64,000 nucleotides of DNA from Callorhinchus milii (lineage: Eukaryota). The stretch spans positions 248,001-312,000 of the forward strand of contig NW_024704767.1 of the NCBI RefSeq assembly GCF_018977255.1. The letters run 5' to 3'. The notes under the pieces are model-generated. The model did no database searches and had not been told where the DNA came from. It was given only the letters and a program-made list of their open reading frames with translations. Both the position numbers and the translations under genes were made by a program. The stretch's first letter is position 1. The number at the start of each line of letters is the position of its first letter. Below are positions 25,501 to 44,765 of the stretch, piece by piece.

Positions 25501-28500
25501 CAGATATCAAAGAAGATAAAGATGGCAAGAGCCGTGGAATAGGAACAGTGACTTTTGACCAGTCCATTGAAGCAGTTCAAGCTATCTGTATCTTTTTACC
25601 TCTAATTACAGGACGCAAATTATCTTAATGGCTACAAAACATGTAATTCTTTTGAAATAGAAACTGTATATTGCTGCACAACAGTGAAAAACTGTTTATT
25701 TAAGGAAATTTTTAAATTGCTTCCAGGGATGACAAGATTTTTGGTAGTTTTCATTTTTTTTTTCCTCAATCAAAATAACTGCTAGTTAGAGTTGATTCTA
25801 GAGCAAAACCAGCCTTCAATGGGCTACCTATCACGTGGACTGAAATTTTACCCATCTTGTTGAATTTTTCTTAACTTGTTTACAGCAATGTTCAATGGGC
25901 AGCTTTTGTTTGACAGGCCAATGCATGTGAAGATGGTAAGTTTTTGATTTCTTTGTAGCAAAGCTGATCTGGTAAAATTTGACAATTGCTTTGTTCTGCC
26001 AACAGCTTTTTTTCTCTCTCTTTCCCCCCCCCCCCCCATTAAAGGATGATAAATCTGTTCCACATGATGATTACCGAGTTTTGGAGAGCAAGTCGCAACA
26101 ATTGCCTCGTAAGTATGCTAGACATGATTTAGTATGGTTTTATATGGTAACAATAAATATTTATAATTAAATAGTTTAGAATGTAAATAAAAGTAACATT
26201 CAAAGGCTTTTACTAACTTGTATTTTGGTTAATTTCAGGTGGACTTGCAGGTATTGGAATGGGACTTGGACCTGGTGGCCAACCAATAGCTGCGAACCAA
26301 ATGAATAGTGGAATGGGAAACATGGGATCTGGAGGTACGACATTCTAAATGTGTTTTTTAATAAGATTCTGAATGAGGTGTCTGATTTTAGGTATTTAGC
26401 TCTAGAAATGTGGCAAGCAATATTAGGTGCAGGCTTTTTAAAAAAGATTTGTGAAGTGCTTTGAGATATCTAGAAGACTTGAAAAGTGCTATATCAAATG
26501 CAAAGATTATTACTGTGGTATAAAATATTTTTTATGTAATTTAATGGAGGACATGTTCTAAGTACATACAGCACCTTGGGACGTCCTCCCGACATTAAAG
26601 GCGCTATACAAATGTATTGTTGATGCTGAATCACTGCATTTATTTGTCCCAGGGATTGGAATGGATGGGCCAGTCTTTGGAGGAATGAATAGAATGGGTG
26701 GAGGAGGTAAGTTCAATATCTCTGCTGAACAATATCTAAGTATCAAATTGTGAACTTTATTTCTAATGCGGGTTTTCTTCTTCTCTCAGGAATGAGCGGT
26801 CCCAGTGGCTTTGGCAGTGGCATGGATGCCATGAATAACATGGGAGGCTACGGTGGTGGCAGCATGAGCGGCATAGGAAACATGGGCCGAATGGGAGGTA
26901 AACTAACAGTTTTTAACACTTGTTTATTGGTAAATTAAAATTGATATTCAATTCATTACTGTTTTGTGGGATATTGCTTTGAGCAAATTGGCTGCTGCAT
27001 TCACTTACAAAATACACATGCTACACTTTACAGTCGTTCCTATGAAGTGCTATGAGACTTCTTAATGCCATATGGCGCTATATCAAATGCAAGGATTGTT
27101 TTTATTTTGATTACTTTCATTTATCATTGTAGGTATGGGTCCTATTGATGATTTTAGAGGAAACCTAGCTGGAGGAATGGGAAACATGGGTGGAAATATG
27201 GGAGGAATGGGTAGCAACATGAGTGGATTTGGAGCAACAGGCAGCAGTGTGGGTGGCATGGGAAGCAACATGGGAGGTAAGTTCATAATTTTTAATTAGT
27301 GGATTAGTTATTAATTCATAAATAAGTATTAAGGTTACATTTTCAAATGTCTTAAATTCTGAAGTTGTAATTTCAAATGATTTCAATGCTAATTTGTATA
27401 CTTGAATGCCCTCTTAGTGGTAGTGTTAAGTCAAGGTTTTATTTGTAACTGAATGTCAAATGTGTATCTCATGGCAATAATTGTAAAGGGTAGGGCTGGT
27501 CAACCTTGATTTCCAAGCCACAACGTTAGTGGTATTCAGTAATTCCGTTAGCCTTCATAACATTGACAAGATTAGCATAGCATTTTCTACATAATATTTG
27601 TATTTCTACCCTAGTAAAAGAAACTCAAAGGTTCTTGTTTATGCTACAAATGTAACATTTCCCCATAACCCTCACCTAATATCTTACCTAATATCTTACC
27701 TAATATCTTACCAGCTACGTTGTTTGGTTTAAAGCTTCAGCTATTCAAGGAATGTTGCCCTTTATCATTGTAGATATGTACCGCCCAGGAATGGGGTCTG
27801 GTGCCATGGGTGGCAGCTTTGATCGGGATTTCGGTAGAAATGACATGGGAATGAACCGGGGTTTTGGAGAGTCATTTGGAGGAATGGGTAAGGGAACATC
27901 TCTGATATTCTGTAATCTTGTTAGACACTCTTAACTTGCCCGGTGAAGTTTGTTTTAAGAGACGTTTAGTTGCACCCGTTTTAAAAGAATAAGGGCAACA
28001 ATTCCCCTGTATGTAAACATACCATACTACTTGCATTTTGTTTTTGACAACCAAATTGCTAACTTGCAAAATTCTGTTGGGCGTGTGAATTTCATTAAGT
28101 ATGTATTTAGAAAATAATATGCTTTTTCTTCCCGGTTAGGAGGTGGAATGGGTGGAGGTCTTGGAGGAAACCTTGGCGGTGGAATGGCAACAACTAGCAT
28201 GGGCCCGATAGGATCAGGAATGGGTAGGTTACCCACCTCAATGTGTATCCATTTTTTGTTACACTTATGTTTATAAATTGGCAATTGCTTTTGTCAACAT
28301 TGGTGTTATCCATTTCCAGTGGGATTTGAGCATAAAACAGCAAGAGTAGCTAAGTAATGCTCCCTCTACTTTTTCCCCTTTCCTCTTCCCAACCACCGCA
28401 TCAATTTCATACTGTCTAATCCAACTTAATTTCACATTGTTATCTTTAAACTTCCTCTAGGATATTTGCATGAGGTTATTATTTATTATTAGTGCCTTTA

Positions 28501-29226
28501 CTGGAAGGATACAAGCACGATTGAATGCAATATTGATTCATATCTGAAGATCCAGAAATAAGCTTTTAGGTTTGAAATGCTACCGTGTTTAAAAGGTGAA
28601 TGGCAGCCCTGTTTTGTGTCTGACAGGTGGTGGGATGGCTGGTATGAATAGCATGGGAGGAGTCATGGGAATGGGTATGGATCGCATGGGTTCCAACCTT
28701 GACCGAATGGGATCGGGAATGGGAGTTGGTCTCGACAGGAATATGGATATGGATCGTGGATTTGGAAATTTAAACACCGGTTCAATGGGAAGCGGATTGA
28801 GAGAACGTGGAAGTGGCTTTCGGGGCTGCCAAATTTTTGCAAGAAATGTAAGTATCAATTTGTTGGAAAATTTTACCCAGGAGTAATTCACCACAATACT
28901 AATTACAAATACTGTTGTTTTCAGCTTCCATATGATCTACCATGGCAGAAGCTAAAGGAAAAGTTCAGCCAATGTGGTGAGTGTTCAATCAATCTAATCC
29001 CTTTACCTAAACTTCTGACTTGTAATGTGACAAACTTAATCTTTGGATCTGTTATCCGACAGGCCACGTAATGTTTGCTGAAATAAAAATGGAAAACGGC
29101 ATGTCCAAGGGTTGTGGAACGGTGCTCTTTGACACCCCAGAAGCAGCAGAGAAAGCCTGCAGATTGATGAACGGCACCAAGATCACTGGGCGAGAGATAG
29201 ATGTGCGCTTGGATCGCAATGCGTAA
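16591..29226 (+). CDS. MYEF2: Myelin expression factor 2 (hnRNP M family, three RRMs with a Gly/Met-rich linker), 18 coding exons, 644 aa
   Basis: Exons: 16591-16673, 19127-19332, 23261-23313, 23758-23765, 24233-24326, 25153-25338, 25434-25587, 25886-25935, 26045-26108, 26239-26334, 26653-26706, 26790-26897, 27133-27276, 27774-27887, 28140-28223, 28627-28847, 28925-28976, 29063-29226. Phases are consistent and total 1935 nt. Diagnostic peptides: NRFHPYSK, NRVFISNIPYDMKWQAIKDLMREKVGEVTYVELFKDAEGKSRGCGVVEF, VFVANLDFKVGWKKLKEVF, C-terminus GREIDVRLDRNA*. An in-frame TGA at 16582 makes 16591 the first in-frame ATG. Adjacency to SLC24A5 favours MYEF2 over HNRNPM. Confidence 0.96.
20451..20918 (+). 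mobile_element. Decayed LINE-2 3' end (ORF2 C-terminus plus tail), MYEF2 intron 2
   Basis: With frameshifts and a stop it translates to IPVLSWLHWLPIPQRIE..VILTFKALHGLAP.YLS, the typical L2 ORF2 C-terminus; ends in a tail related to that of the SINEs. Confidence 0.75.
27672..27712. repeat. 12-bp tandem repeat (ACCTAATATCTT) x~3.3
   Basis: Read directly: acctaatatctt acctaatatctt acctaatatctt acc. Confidence 0.9.
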
Positions 29227-29500
29227 ATTAAAGTCAGTGATGTACAGTAATATACAGCATGTCTGATTAGCTTGATTCTGCTTTTCATTTTTACCAAACT
29301 GATTTCCCACAGCTTAGTGTAGCTTACCTATTGTGTGAGCTCTAATGTAATTTCAAGGACCACCAGCCTTTGTAATTGGATATGGAGATAGTTTGTGTAT
29401 GGTTATGTAATTTCTGTTATCAAAATGTCAGATTTTTTTTATAGTATTTCAGACAACACCTTAGTGGTCATTGTTCTGTTTGAATGGATAAACGTTTTTT

Positions 29501-29506
29501 AATAAA
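29501..29506 (+). terminator. Candidate MYEF2 proximal polyadenylation signal AATAAA
   Basis: AATAAA 275 nt after the stop, followed by a T-rich tract; a second AATAAA at 29834-29839. Confidence 0.55.
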
Positions 29507-30646
29507 ATGTTGTCGAATTTTTGCCATGCTTTTTCTTTTGTTAAAAAAACATCAACTTTATTTGCCATTTAGTAGGTTTTTCTATAACCACTTAAAATTA
29601 ATGGGTAGGAAAATTACTGGACTAATTGCAGTGCTATCACCCTGATCGACTTAACTGATAGGCCTTAAATATATTTGTTTTGGGAGATAATTGTTCCTGT
29701 TTAAGACTAATTAAATGGTTCCTTAAGGTCAATCTATTTCACCATACTGTCAGCCACCTTTCTGCACCTGCCCTCTCTTTCTCCCAAAGTTCAGGTTCAC
29801 AACAGATTCTTTCCAAGGGGGAAAGGGAGCAAAAATAAACAAATATATGTAAATCTTACTTTTACTGATGTACATTCTAATTTAGTACAACCTCATTTAA
29901 ATGTGTAGGTGAACACTTCAGAAGAAAATACTCTGCGTTCTTAGGTTTGAGTTTACTTTAATTGACATCATAGTTCTTTGGGTTGGATAGTGGTTTTAAT
30001 ATATTTTAAATAAGTGCACATTTTGTTAAGCTTACACAATACAGTACCTTTTTAAAAGTTTGCAGTTACAGATCTTGAATGGAAAATACAGCACAGACAC
30101 GGTGGTGATGATATCCAAATGATGTTAAGTGCAAAGATTTAGTAGGAAATTCCAGTTAATTAGCAGCCAACAGTGGCACAATGTGTTGTGGTTGAAGCCA
30201 ACCAGAATTTTAACAGACTCTGGCAGTTGTGCACCATTATAAATTCACAGTCAAATTTGTTGTGGGTAGCAATAATGGGAACCTTTGGAATTATGGTCGA
30301 TATTAGGAAGTATTTGGCTTCTATCTTTAATACTGTGTTCTTTACCTTCATTTCAATTCTCCCACTCCATTAAGGTGCAGTTTAATACTCCCCATTTAGC
30401 ACCACTTTAGCACCATCACTTAGAATTTAAGACCCAAGTGAGTTTGAGTGTAAGGGGAAGAGACTGCCTTGGAGTACCACAACGATGGTGTGAGTCTAGT
30501 TGATGTAGCTCTTTCTCATAAATTCTAGTGTCCATTTTTAAAAAAAATCTTTTGCCCAAATTGATGTTTGTTCTGAAAATATTCTAACTAAACTGTTCAT
30601 TTTTGGTTTCACACCTCACCTTAAATGACATGATTTCTGTAGTTGG

Positions 30647-37985
<7,339 letters not shown>

Positions 37986-39164
37986 AGACCGCAAAGCTTT
38001 GAGGGCTGTGTTTTACACTCTGTGTGAGACAACAACTCAAACAGCCGTAAAACTGTTTACATCACCACCAGATACACTAGAAAGAAATTCCTCGCATTTG
38101 CACAAAAACCCACTGACTGAACTGCTTTCTCATCTCGCCCACCTTTCAGCACAGTGAATGTCTTGAGATTCCCAACTCAGATGACTTGTGATCACGAGTT
38201 TCGCTAATTAATGATTTTAGTCAATGGGCTGATGTTCTGACTCTCTCCCACCCCTCAAACACACAAGCCACCCCCCTCACACACACACACTACAACCCCT
38301 TTTCTTCAACTCTTCCCCTCTCACACACACATACACACTCATGTCCCCACCCCACACCCTCGCAGCCCACCTCTCCATTAGCATAGTGATCGGTGATTAG
38401 ACTACAGTAGTGAGATCAAATGAACAAGGGGTGGAGAGTGGTCATGGTGATTGTATAAATTAGTGGGGATTTTTCTTCTTAACCTTTGATCCTATCGTGT
38501 AGTGGAGAGCGTTCACTTTTATTCACCTATAATACACAAGATGACAAGAAAATAAATAAATGGACAAGTATTGCAGCTAAAAGACACGTAAAGTTCCTGC
38601 TTTTACACTCAATCCTCACACATTAAATCGGACGATGCAAGTTTGCTCCTCCTTCCCAAGTGCTGGGAAGTCTGGCTATTTTTGCTTTGACCAAAACTAT
38701 TTCTCGTGACTGGGAAAATAATAAGGCTTCTCAGGGAACTTAGAACAAAATAGTGAACTGCTTTCTTGTAATGTTCTGAATCCCTATCAGAGATAGCAGC
38801 AGGCATATTTGTGACCCAATTAAATACCACAAGGCTCGCTTCACTAGGCTTTGTTTGGTATGTGGTTCTCTGCCATTTAAAGGTGATCGTGTATAGAGGC
38901 TTTTTTCTATAAAAAAAACAAAGCGACAAATTGCATTAAAAGTCTCGTAAAAGGTTACGCAGAACACAGGATTGTACTAATTCAAGTGTTGCGGAATTCC
39001 TATTGCCCAAGAATTGTAAGATTGTCCTGCCATATATCGCAATCGCATGTTCTCACATCCTTTGGGGATTTAGTTTGCTTTGATCCCACAAAGACTATCC
39101 GTGTTTTGTGTCAGCCTGGTTCAGTCGGCAGGAATTTTGTCTCCGAGTCAGGAGGTTTTGGGCT

Positions 39165-39510
39165 CAGAGACTAGCGCAGTGTTGGGGGTGGGGGGGGAGA
39201 GAGAGAGATTGCTGCATTGTCAGAAGTGCTGTCCTTTGGATGAGACATTAAACCATGGCCCTGTCTACCTGCTCAGGTGGATATTAAAGATTATACAGCA
39301 CAATTCAAATAGAGAAGGGAGTTTCTTCCGGTGTCCTGGTCAATAATCCCCCTGTTAAAATTCATCACTCGCTCCATGGCTGTTTGTGGGCCAGCCCTGT
39401 GTTCACCTACAAACACACAGTCAATATACTTTGCAGTAAAATCTTTCAAAGTCCTTCCAGATGATTCAACAGTGTGATAAGATGCTGTATCACCAAATGC
39501 AAGGGTTATA
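39165..39510 (+). mobile_element. Older long-type Deu-domain SINE
   Basis: GTGCTGTCCTTTGGATGAGACATTAAACCATGGCCCTGTCTACCTGCTCAGGTGGATATTAAAGAT...GGCTGTTTGTGGG... tail GCTGTATCACCAAATGCAAGGGTTAT. Confidence 0.7.
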
Positions 39511-39717
39511 AATGGAATCTTGTTGTTGTTGTTGTATTGTTATTATTTCATGTTCCACAATGTGAAATAATAGTATACTTTGCAGTAAAATCAATAGGGA
39601 AAAAAATTCCCAATAGTCTTCTACCTCACCACCAATTCAACCAAAGAACTTGCATTTATATAGTGCCCCTCACACAGGATAACATCCCAGAGCACTTGAC
39701 AGTGGCAGAGCACGACT

Positions 39718-40695
39718 AGATCAACAATCTAGATGAGGACATTGAAGCTAATATAACTAAATTCGCGGATGACACAAAACTAGGAGGAAGTGTCAACACA
39801 GAGGACGACATTAAAAAAATGCAGCGCAACATAGATAGGTTAGGTGATTGGGCAGGTAGATGGCAGATGAAGTATAATGTAGGGAAGTGCGAAGTCATCC
39901 ACCTCGGTAGCAAAAACAGTAGAGTGGGTTATTTTTTAGAAGGGGAGAGATTGGAATGTGTTAGTGTCCAGAGGGACTTGGGGTGTCCTTGTACACCAAT
40001 CACAGAAAGTTAGTCTGCAGGTGCAGCGAGCGATTAGGAAGGCGAACGGTATGTTAGCGTTCATTATGAAAGGATTAGAGTATAAGAGTAGGGAAGTCTT
40101 GCTGCAACTGTATAGGGCCCTGGTGAGACCACACCTGGAATACTGTGTGCAGTTTTGGTCTCCTTATTTAGGGAAGGATGTACTTGCCTTGGAGGGGGTG
40201 CAGTGTAGATTTACTGGGTTAGTGCCAGGGATGAAGGGGATGAGTTACGAGGATAGGCTGACCAATTTGGGCCTATATTCTCTAGAGTATTAAAGAATTA
40301 GAGGGGATCTTATAGAAACCTATAAGATCATCAAAAGGCATGATAGAGTAGATAGTGGGAGATTGTTTCCCCTGGTTGGAGAAACTAAAACCAGGGGTCA
40401 CAACCGTAAAATCAGAGGCCAACCTTTTCACACTGAGTTGAGGAAGAACTTCTTCACTCAAAGGGCAGTGAATGTATGGAACTCACTACCCCAAAGGGCT
40501 GTTGACGTTCAGTCCTTGAACATATTCAAGACTGAGATGGATAGATTTCTTATTGCAAGAGGGATTAAGGGATATGGGGATAAGGCAGGGTCAGGTTATT
40601 AGCTGGAGTTAGATGAGAAGATCAGCCATGATTGAACGGCGGGGCAGGCTCGAAGGGCCGAATGGTCTAATCCTGCTCCTACATGTTATGTTATG
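39718..40695 (+). mobile_element. 5'-truncated CR1 LINE (RT C-terminal part of ORF2 plus 3'UTR), inactivated
   Basis: INNLDEDIEANITKFADDTKLGG (FADD catalytic motif), WQMKYNVGKCEVIHLG, LYRALVRPHLEYCVQFWSP, RKNFFTQRAVNVWNSLP. One frameshift near 39980 and a TAA at 40291; 3'UTR GATCAGCCATGATTGAACGGCGGGGCAGGCTCGAAGGGCCGAATGG with ATGTT repeats. Confidence 0.95.
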
Positions 40696-43588
40696 ACTTT
40701 ATTCATTTTTAAATGAATTCACCATTGATTTCGCTGTCAGCGCCTTGGGACGTCCTCCCAACGTGAAAGGCGCTATATAAATGTAACTTTGTTGTTGTTG
40801 TTGTAGGGGAATTAACCATTTGGAATAACCTGGGAACCAAGCAGGAACACGGAGGAAGCAACACACTTAACCTGTACCTGAGTGGGAAATTGACTTAGAA
40901 GTAACTCACTCATAACTCGTTAACTAATCATTTGCTTCCTCACAAGCTACACAGTGAATTCTGCTTTAAACTGGCTCACATGGAGCACACACACACACTG
41001 CCTTACATGTAATCACCAGCAGAGGCTTAAAAGCTCAACCAAAAACTTGACTCGACAGGAGCATTGCTCGCTCGTCTCTGTTGTTGGAAGTTACAAGAGA
41101 TTTAACAGGAAGAGCTGGCTCCAAAGATTTCAGAGAAAAATTGGGACTTGGTGGCCGAAGGTTAAAGATTTGGTGGAGTGATGTGACATTTCGGTATCGA
41201 GGGCAAACTGGAATCTCCTGTGCTCTGAACTGTTTGTAAGTTGTACTGAGTTCTGAGGTAACACTAACATGTTCAGACCTGTTCGACAGTCGTCCGTCCT
41301 CTCTCTCTCTCTCTCTCTCCTCCTGATGTCCTCACCCAGAAGTTCCCAGTAAGTGAATTTCTCTCCAATATCAATTCTGCGTTTACACCTTCAACTGAGC
41401 TCCGGTTCTGTAATTGTGGATATTTATTATTATTTTTATTTTTTTAAATTGCGAAAGTTTATCCAAAGTTTAAGGAAATTTCAGGTCATGTCAACTTATG
41501 CTTTTCCCACTCCGCCACAGCATGTGAAGTTTACACGTTTTTAAAGAACTTTTGAGAACATTTCAGGCAAATGGAAATATTCCAAGGTATAAAATCCACT
41601 TTATTGCAACAAAATTTCCACCAATTTGAGGTCATATGGATAATTTGTCTTAAAATTGGGCTGAATTGTGAACAATCTTAAATTCAGCCTTGATTTGGCT
41701 GCTTTCTGGAGTCATCCGAAGAAATACTGTTGTTGGAAGTTAGAAATGGAAGTGTAATTCAAGATTTTTCTGCAGTGCTGAGGGATTTAATATTTCTTAT
41801 TTATTTCGAGACGAGGTGGCCTCATTGGCAAAGACTATTTCAGGCCTTGTGGTTTCTTGGAAGTTTTTGCATTTACTCCAGTTAACTTCCGACTGTTAAA
41901 TCATAATAACTTGTGCTTATTCACATTAAAAAGAAGTGCTTTACAGAGTATAATCGGTTGGAAATGAAGCGAGTTTCCTCGTAAGTACACTGATGCTGTC
42001 TCTGTAAAGAAAATGGAGAGGCAGCGAAATAATTCAAATAAATCGTCTCCAGAGGAACGAGGCAGCTTGAGGCACATGAGTGGATTTATTAGTTTTGTTC
42101 TCAAGGTCACAAATAAACCTTGTCTTTGCTTCGGCATTTGTTGATGCTGAGTTGTTCCCAACCACTATTCGAAGCATCTGAATCATGGATTTTTTTCATT
42201 GAACTGGTTTTGATTACTTCAATCCCAAACTGGCTGGCCTTTTCCTCACTGTCGATAGATAGCATACTTGAAATTCTGGTATGTTGAGAATTGATCCCTA
42301 GGAACAGTGTTCAGTCCTTTGAATGCGATGTGAAACCTTTGGAGCTTTCAAAACATGCACCGGCACCTGCGAACACGAGTCTCTTTACGCCTCCTTGAGA
42401 CTGTTCTGCAGGGGATGAACAAATGTAGTCACAGTGCACAGTGCCTCTCTATGGATCTTGGTTTCTTTTAATCCGCCATATATATATATATGTACACACA
42501 CACACACATATATATATATATCATGAATATTTTACAGCACATTTAATATTTCACAGTTAATCTACAAAATGTTAAGACAGAAATTTCTAACCCCGGGTGG
42601 AATTTTCAGTCTATTTGACATTTACAGCTTTGTTTTGATGTGGCCAGCTCATAAAACAGTTTGGACCACTGTGATGGACTACTATGATAGTAACTACAGT
42701 AGTAATTATAAACCAGGGAGTGATTGACTCAGCTGGTAAGCTTGCCTCAGTAACAATCATTATTATAGCTTCCTTTCATTACCAATATCCCTGCGCTGTT
42801 TACTAATCTAGAGTAATCTTAATAAGCAAAGGTCATCGTTAAAGTTAAACCATAAGAATAAATAATTGTCCTCTTGCCACTTCTGTTTATTTTCTTCGTC
42901 TTTGTTGTTGACATGCTGAGCTCTAATGAGATTGCAGAGGGGATCAGGTCCACAAGGTAATGAGCCTGACAAGATAAAATGACACAGTTGAAGAGGCTTT
43001 ATCAGTAAAGTTCTCTGGTTTAATGCCCCATAGCAGCTAATGCTAATTCAGGACAGTGACACAGTCACACTTAATAGTTCAACGGTCTATTTCCCTGAAT
43101 GCTATCGCCATTTGGGGCAATAGATTCCAAAGTTAAGTGTGGAAGGGGAGCGAGTACCATTTATCCTCATTCCTGATTATCCGCATGTCCATTTATCCTC
43201 AAGGGGTCCTAGTATCAGAAGTTAAATATGAGATCTCAACTCAACCTCACACTAACACGAAATTCTTAAAATCTTAAAGTGTAATCTGAAATATTTAAAA
43301 ATATGTTTCCCGAATCATTTATTTATTTTGTTTTCTGGTGAGCGGCTGTTTGTGGGACATTGTGGCACACGAATTGGCTGCCGGTTTCCAATTCCAGAGT
43401 CTAGTGAAAAGTTTGCAACTGGCAGCGACCAGCGAATAGTGAAATAAATCGGACAGTGAGTGCCAGGCTTAGATTTCCAGTACAGTGTAAATGCTCACTT
43501 GCACCTGTAGATGGGAGCATATGCCTGCCCAATAGATAGTGTTCGAAACTTGGCCCTCGACGCATTTCTTCCTGTAGATTTTCTATTC

Positions 43589-43918
43589 CTCGCAAAGCGA
43601 GAGGACCGTGGTTCGATTCCCAGGCAGGGCGAAACCTTAGGCAAGTTTCCTTACTCCACACACCTCAGTTTGCCGAGCGGTAAATGGCAACCTGGTTGTT
43701 AGTCGGTTGGAGGATCACTTTCTGGGGGATAATAATTCCTCCAAAAAAAAATTAGTCACTCAATCCACAGCTGTTTGTGGGACTCTGCTGTGTGCAATTG
43801 GCTGGAGGGTTTCGTCCGCAAAGTACAGTCAATCCATTTTACGCTACATTTTGTGAAGTGCTTTGAGACCTCAATGCCGTGGTGAGGCGCTATATCGAAA
43901 TGCAAGGATTATTATTAT
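43589..43918 (+). mobile_element. tRNA-headed Deu-domain SINE, head slightly truncated
   Basis: GGTTCGATTCCCAGGCAGGGCGAAACCTTAGGCAAGTTTCCTTACTCCAC...GTTTGTGGGACTCTGCTGTGTGCAATTGGCTG...GGCGCTATATCGAAATGCAAGGATTATTATT. Confidence 0.85.
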
Positions 43919-44467
43919 TTTTCCACTGCAGTAACAACTCCCTTTCAGCGAGGACAGCGGTTCTATAAATAACCTACAAAACTTTCCTGGCGTCTGTCCT
44001 GAAATTGCACTTCGCAACTCTAAACCTGTGTCCTCCTGCTCTACCACTGACTTGATGCACCTGAAAGTGTTGCATTACTTGGAACCTAAAGTATTGTTCT
44101 GGAACAAAGAATCATAGAATTTATTCAGTAACAGAAGAAAGATTATTTGGCCCTTCATGTCAGGACCGTTCACTGTAAGAGTAATGTTTAATTCCACTTC
44201 CTGCCCTTTCTCCACACCTTTCAAACATCCAATTCTCTCCGGGAAGCTATTATGGTTTCTGCTTTAACCATCTTGGCTTGGCAGTTCCTTCTGATCTCTG
44301 ATACCCCGCTGTGTATACCAAAAAATTCTCTGAACGTCTCACGTTTGTTTTATTTTGTACTGTCCACAAATTGTTGCCTTCTAGTTATTGACTCGCTGAC
44401 TAGTGGAAACAGACAAGCTTCTCCCTCAGTAATGATAATACAGTGCGTTCACGGCTAGAGCGTGGCT

Positions 44468-44765
44468 CAAAGTGTTTCACAGGACTTATTGTAAAATGTG
44501 GTGATGGTATATTTTCTAGGCAAACCCGGAAGCCAATTTTCACATAGAAATATCCAACGAACAGCCAGGACCAATTTTATCTGGAGGATTGTTGGCAGGA
44601 TACACCTTTGAATAGTGCCATGGGATTTTAACGTCCACCTAAACAGACAGACGGGACCTCGGTTTAATGTCTCATCTGAATGACGACATCTCCAACAATG
44701 CAGCACACCTCCAGCACCGCACTTGGGTCAACCTAGCCTTAAAGTCAGGATGTGGGGCTTGAACT
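44468..44765 (-). mobile_element. Older long-type Deu-domain SINE
   Basis: Minus: GTTCAAGCCCCACATCC...CAGATGAGACATTAAACCGAGGTCCCGTCTGTCTGTTTAGGTGGACGTTAAAATCCCATGGCACTATTC. Confidence 0.75.

Noticed and set aside
39819-40602. Three adjacent ORFs resembling a reverse transcriptase gene or novel retro-system
   Set aside because: Pieces of one ordinary 5'-truncated CR1 broken by a frameshift and a stop.
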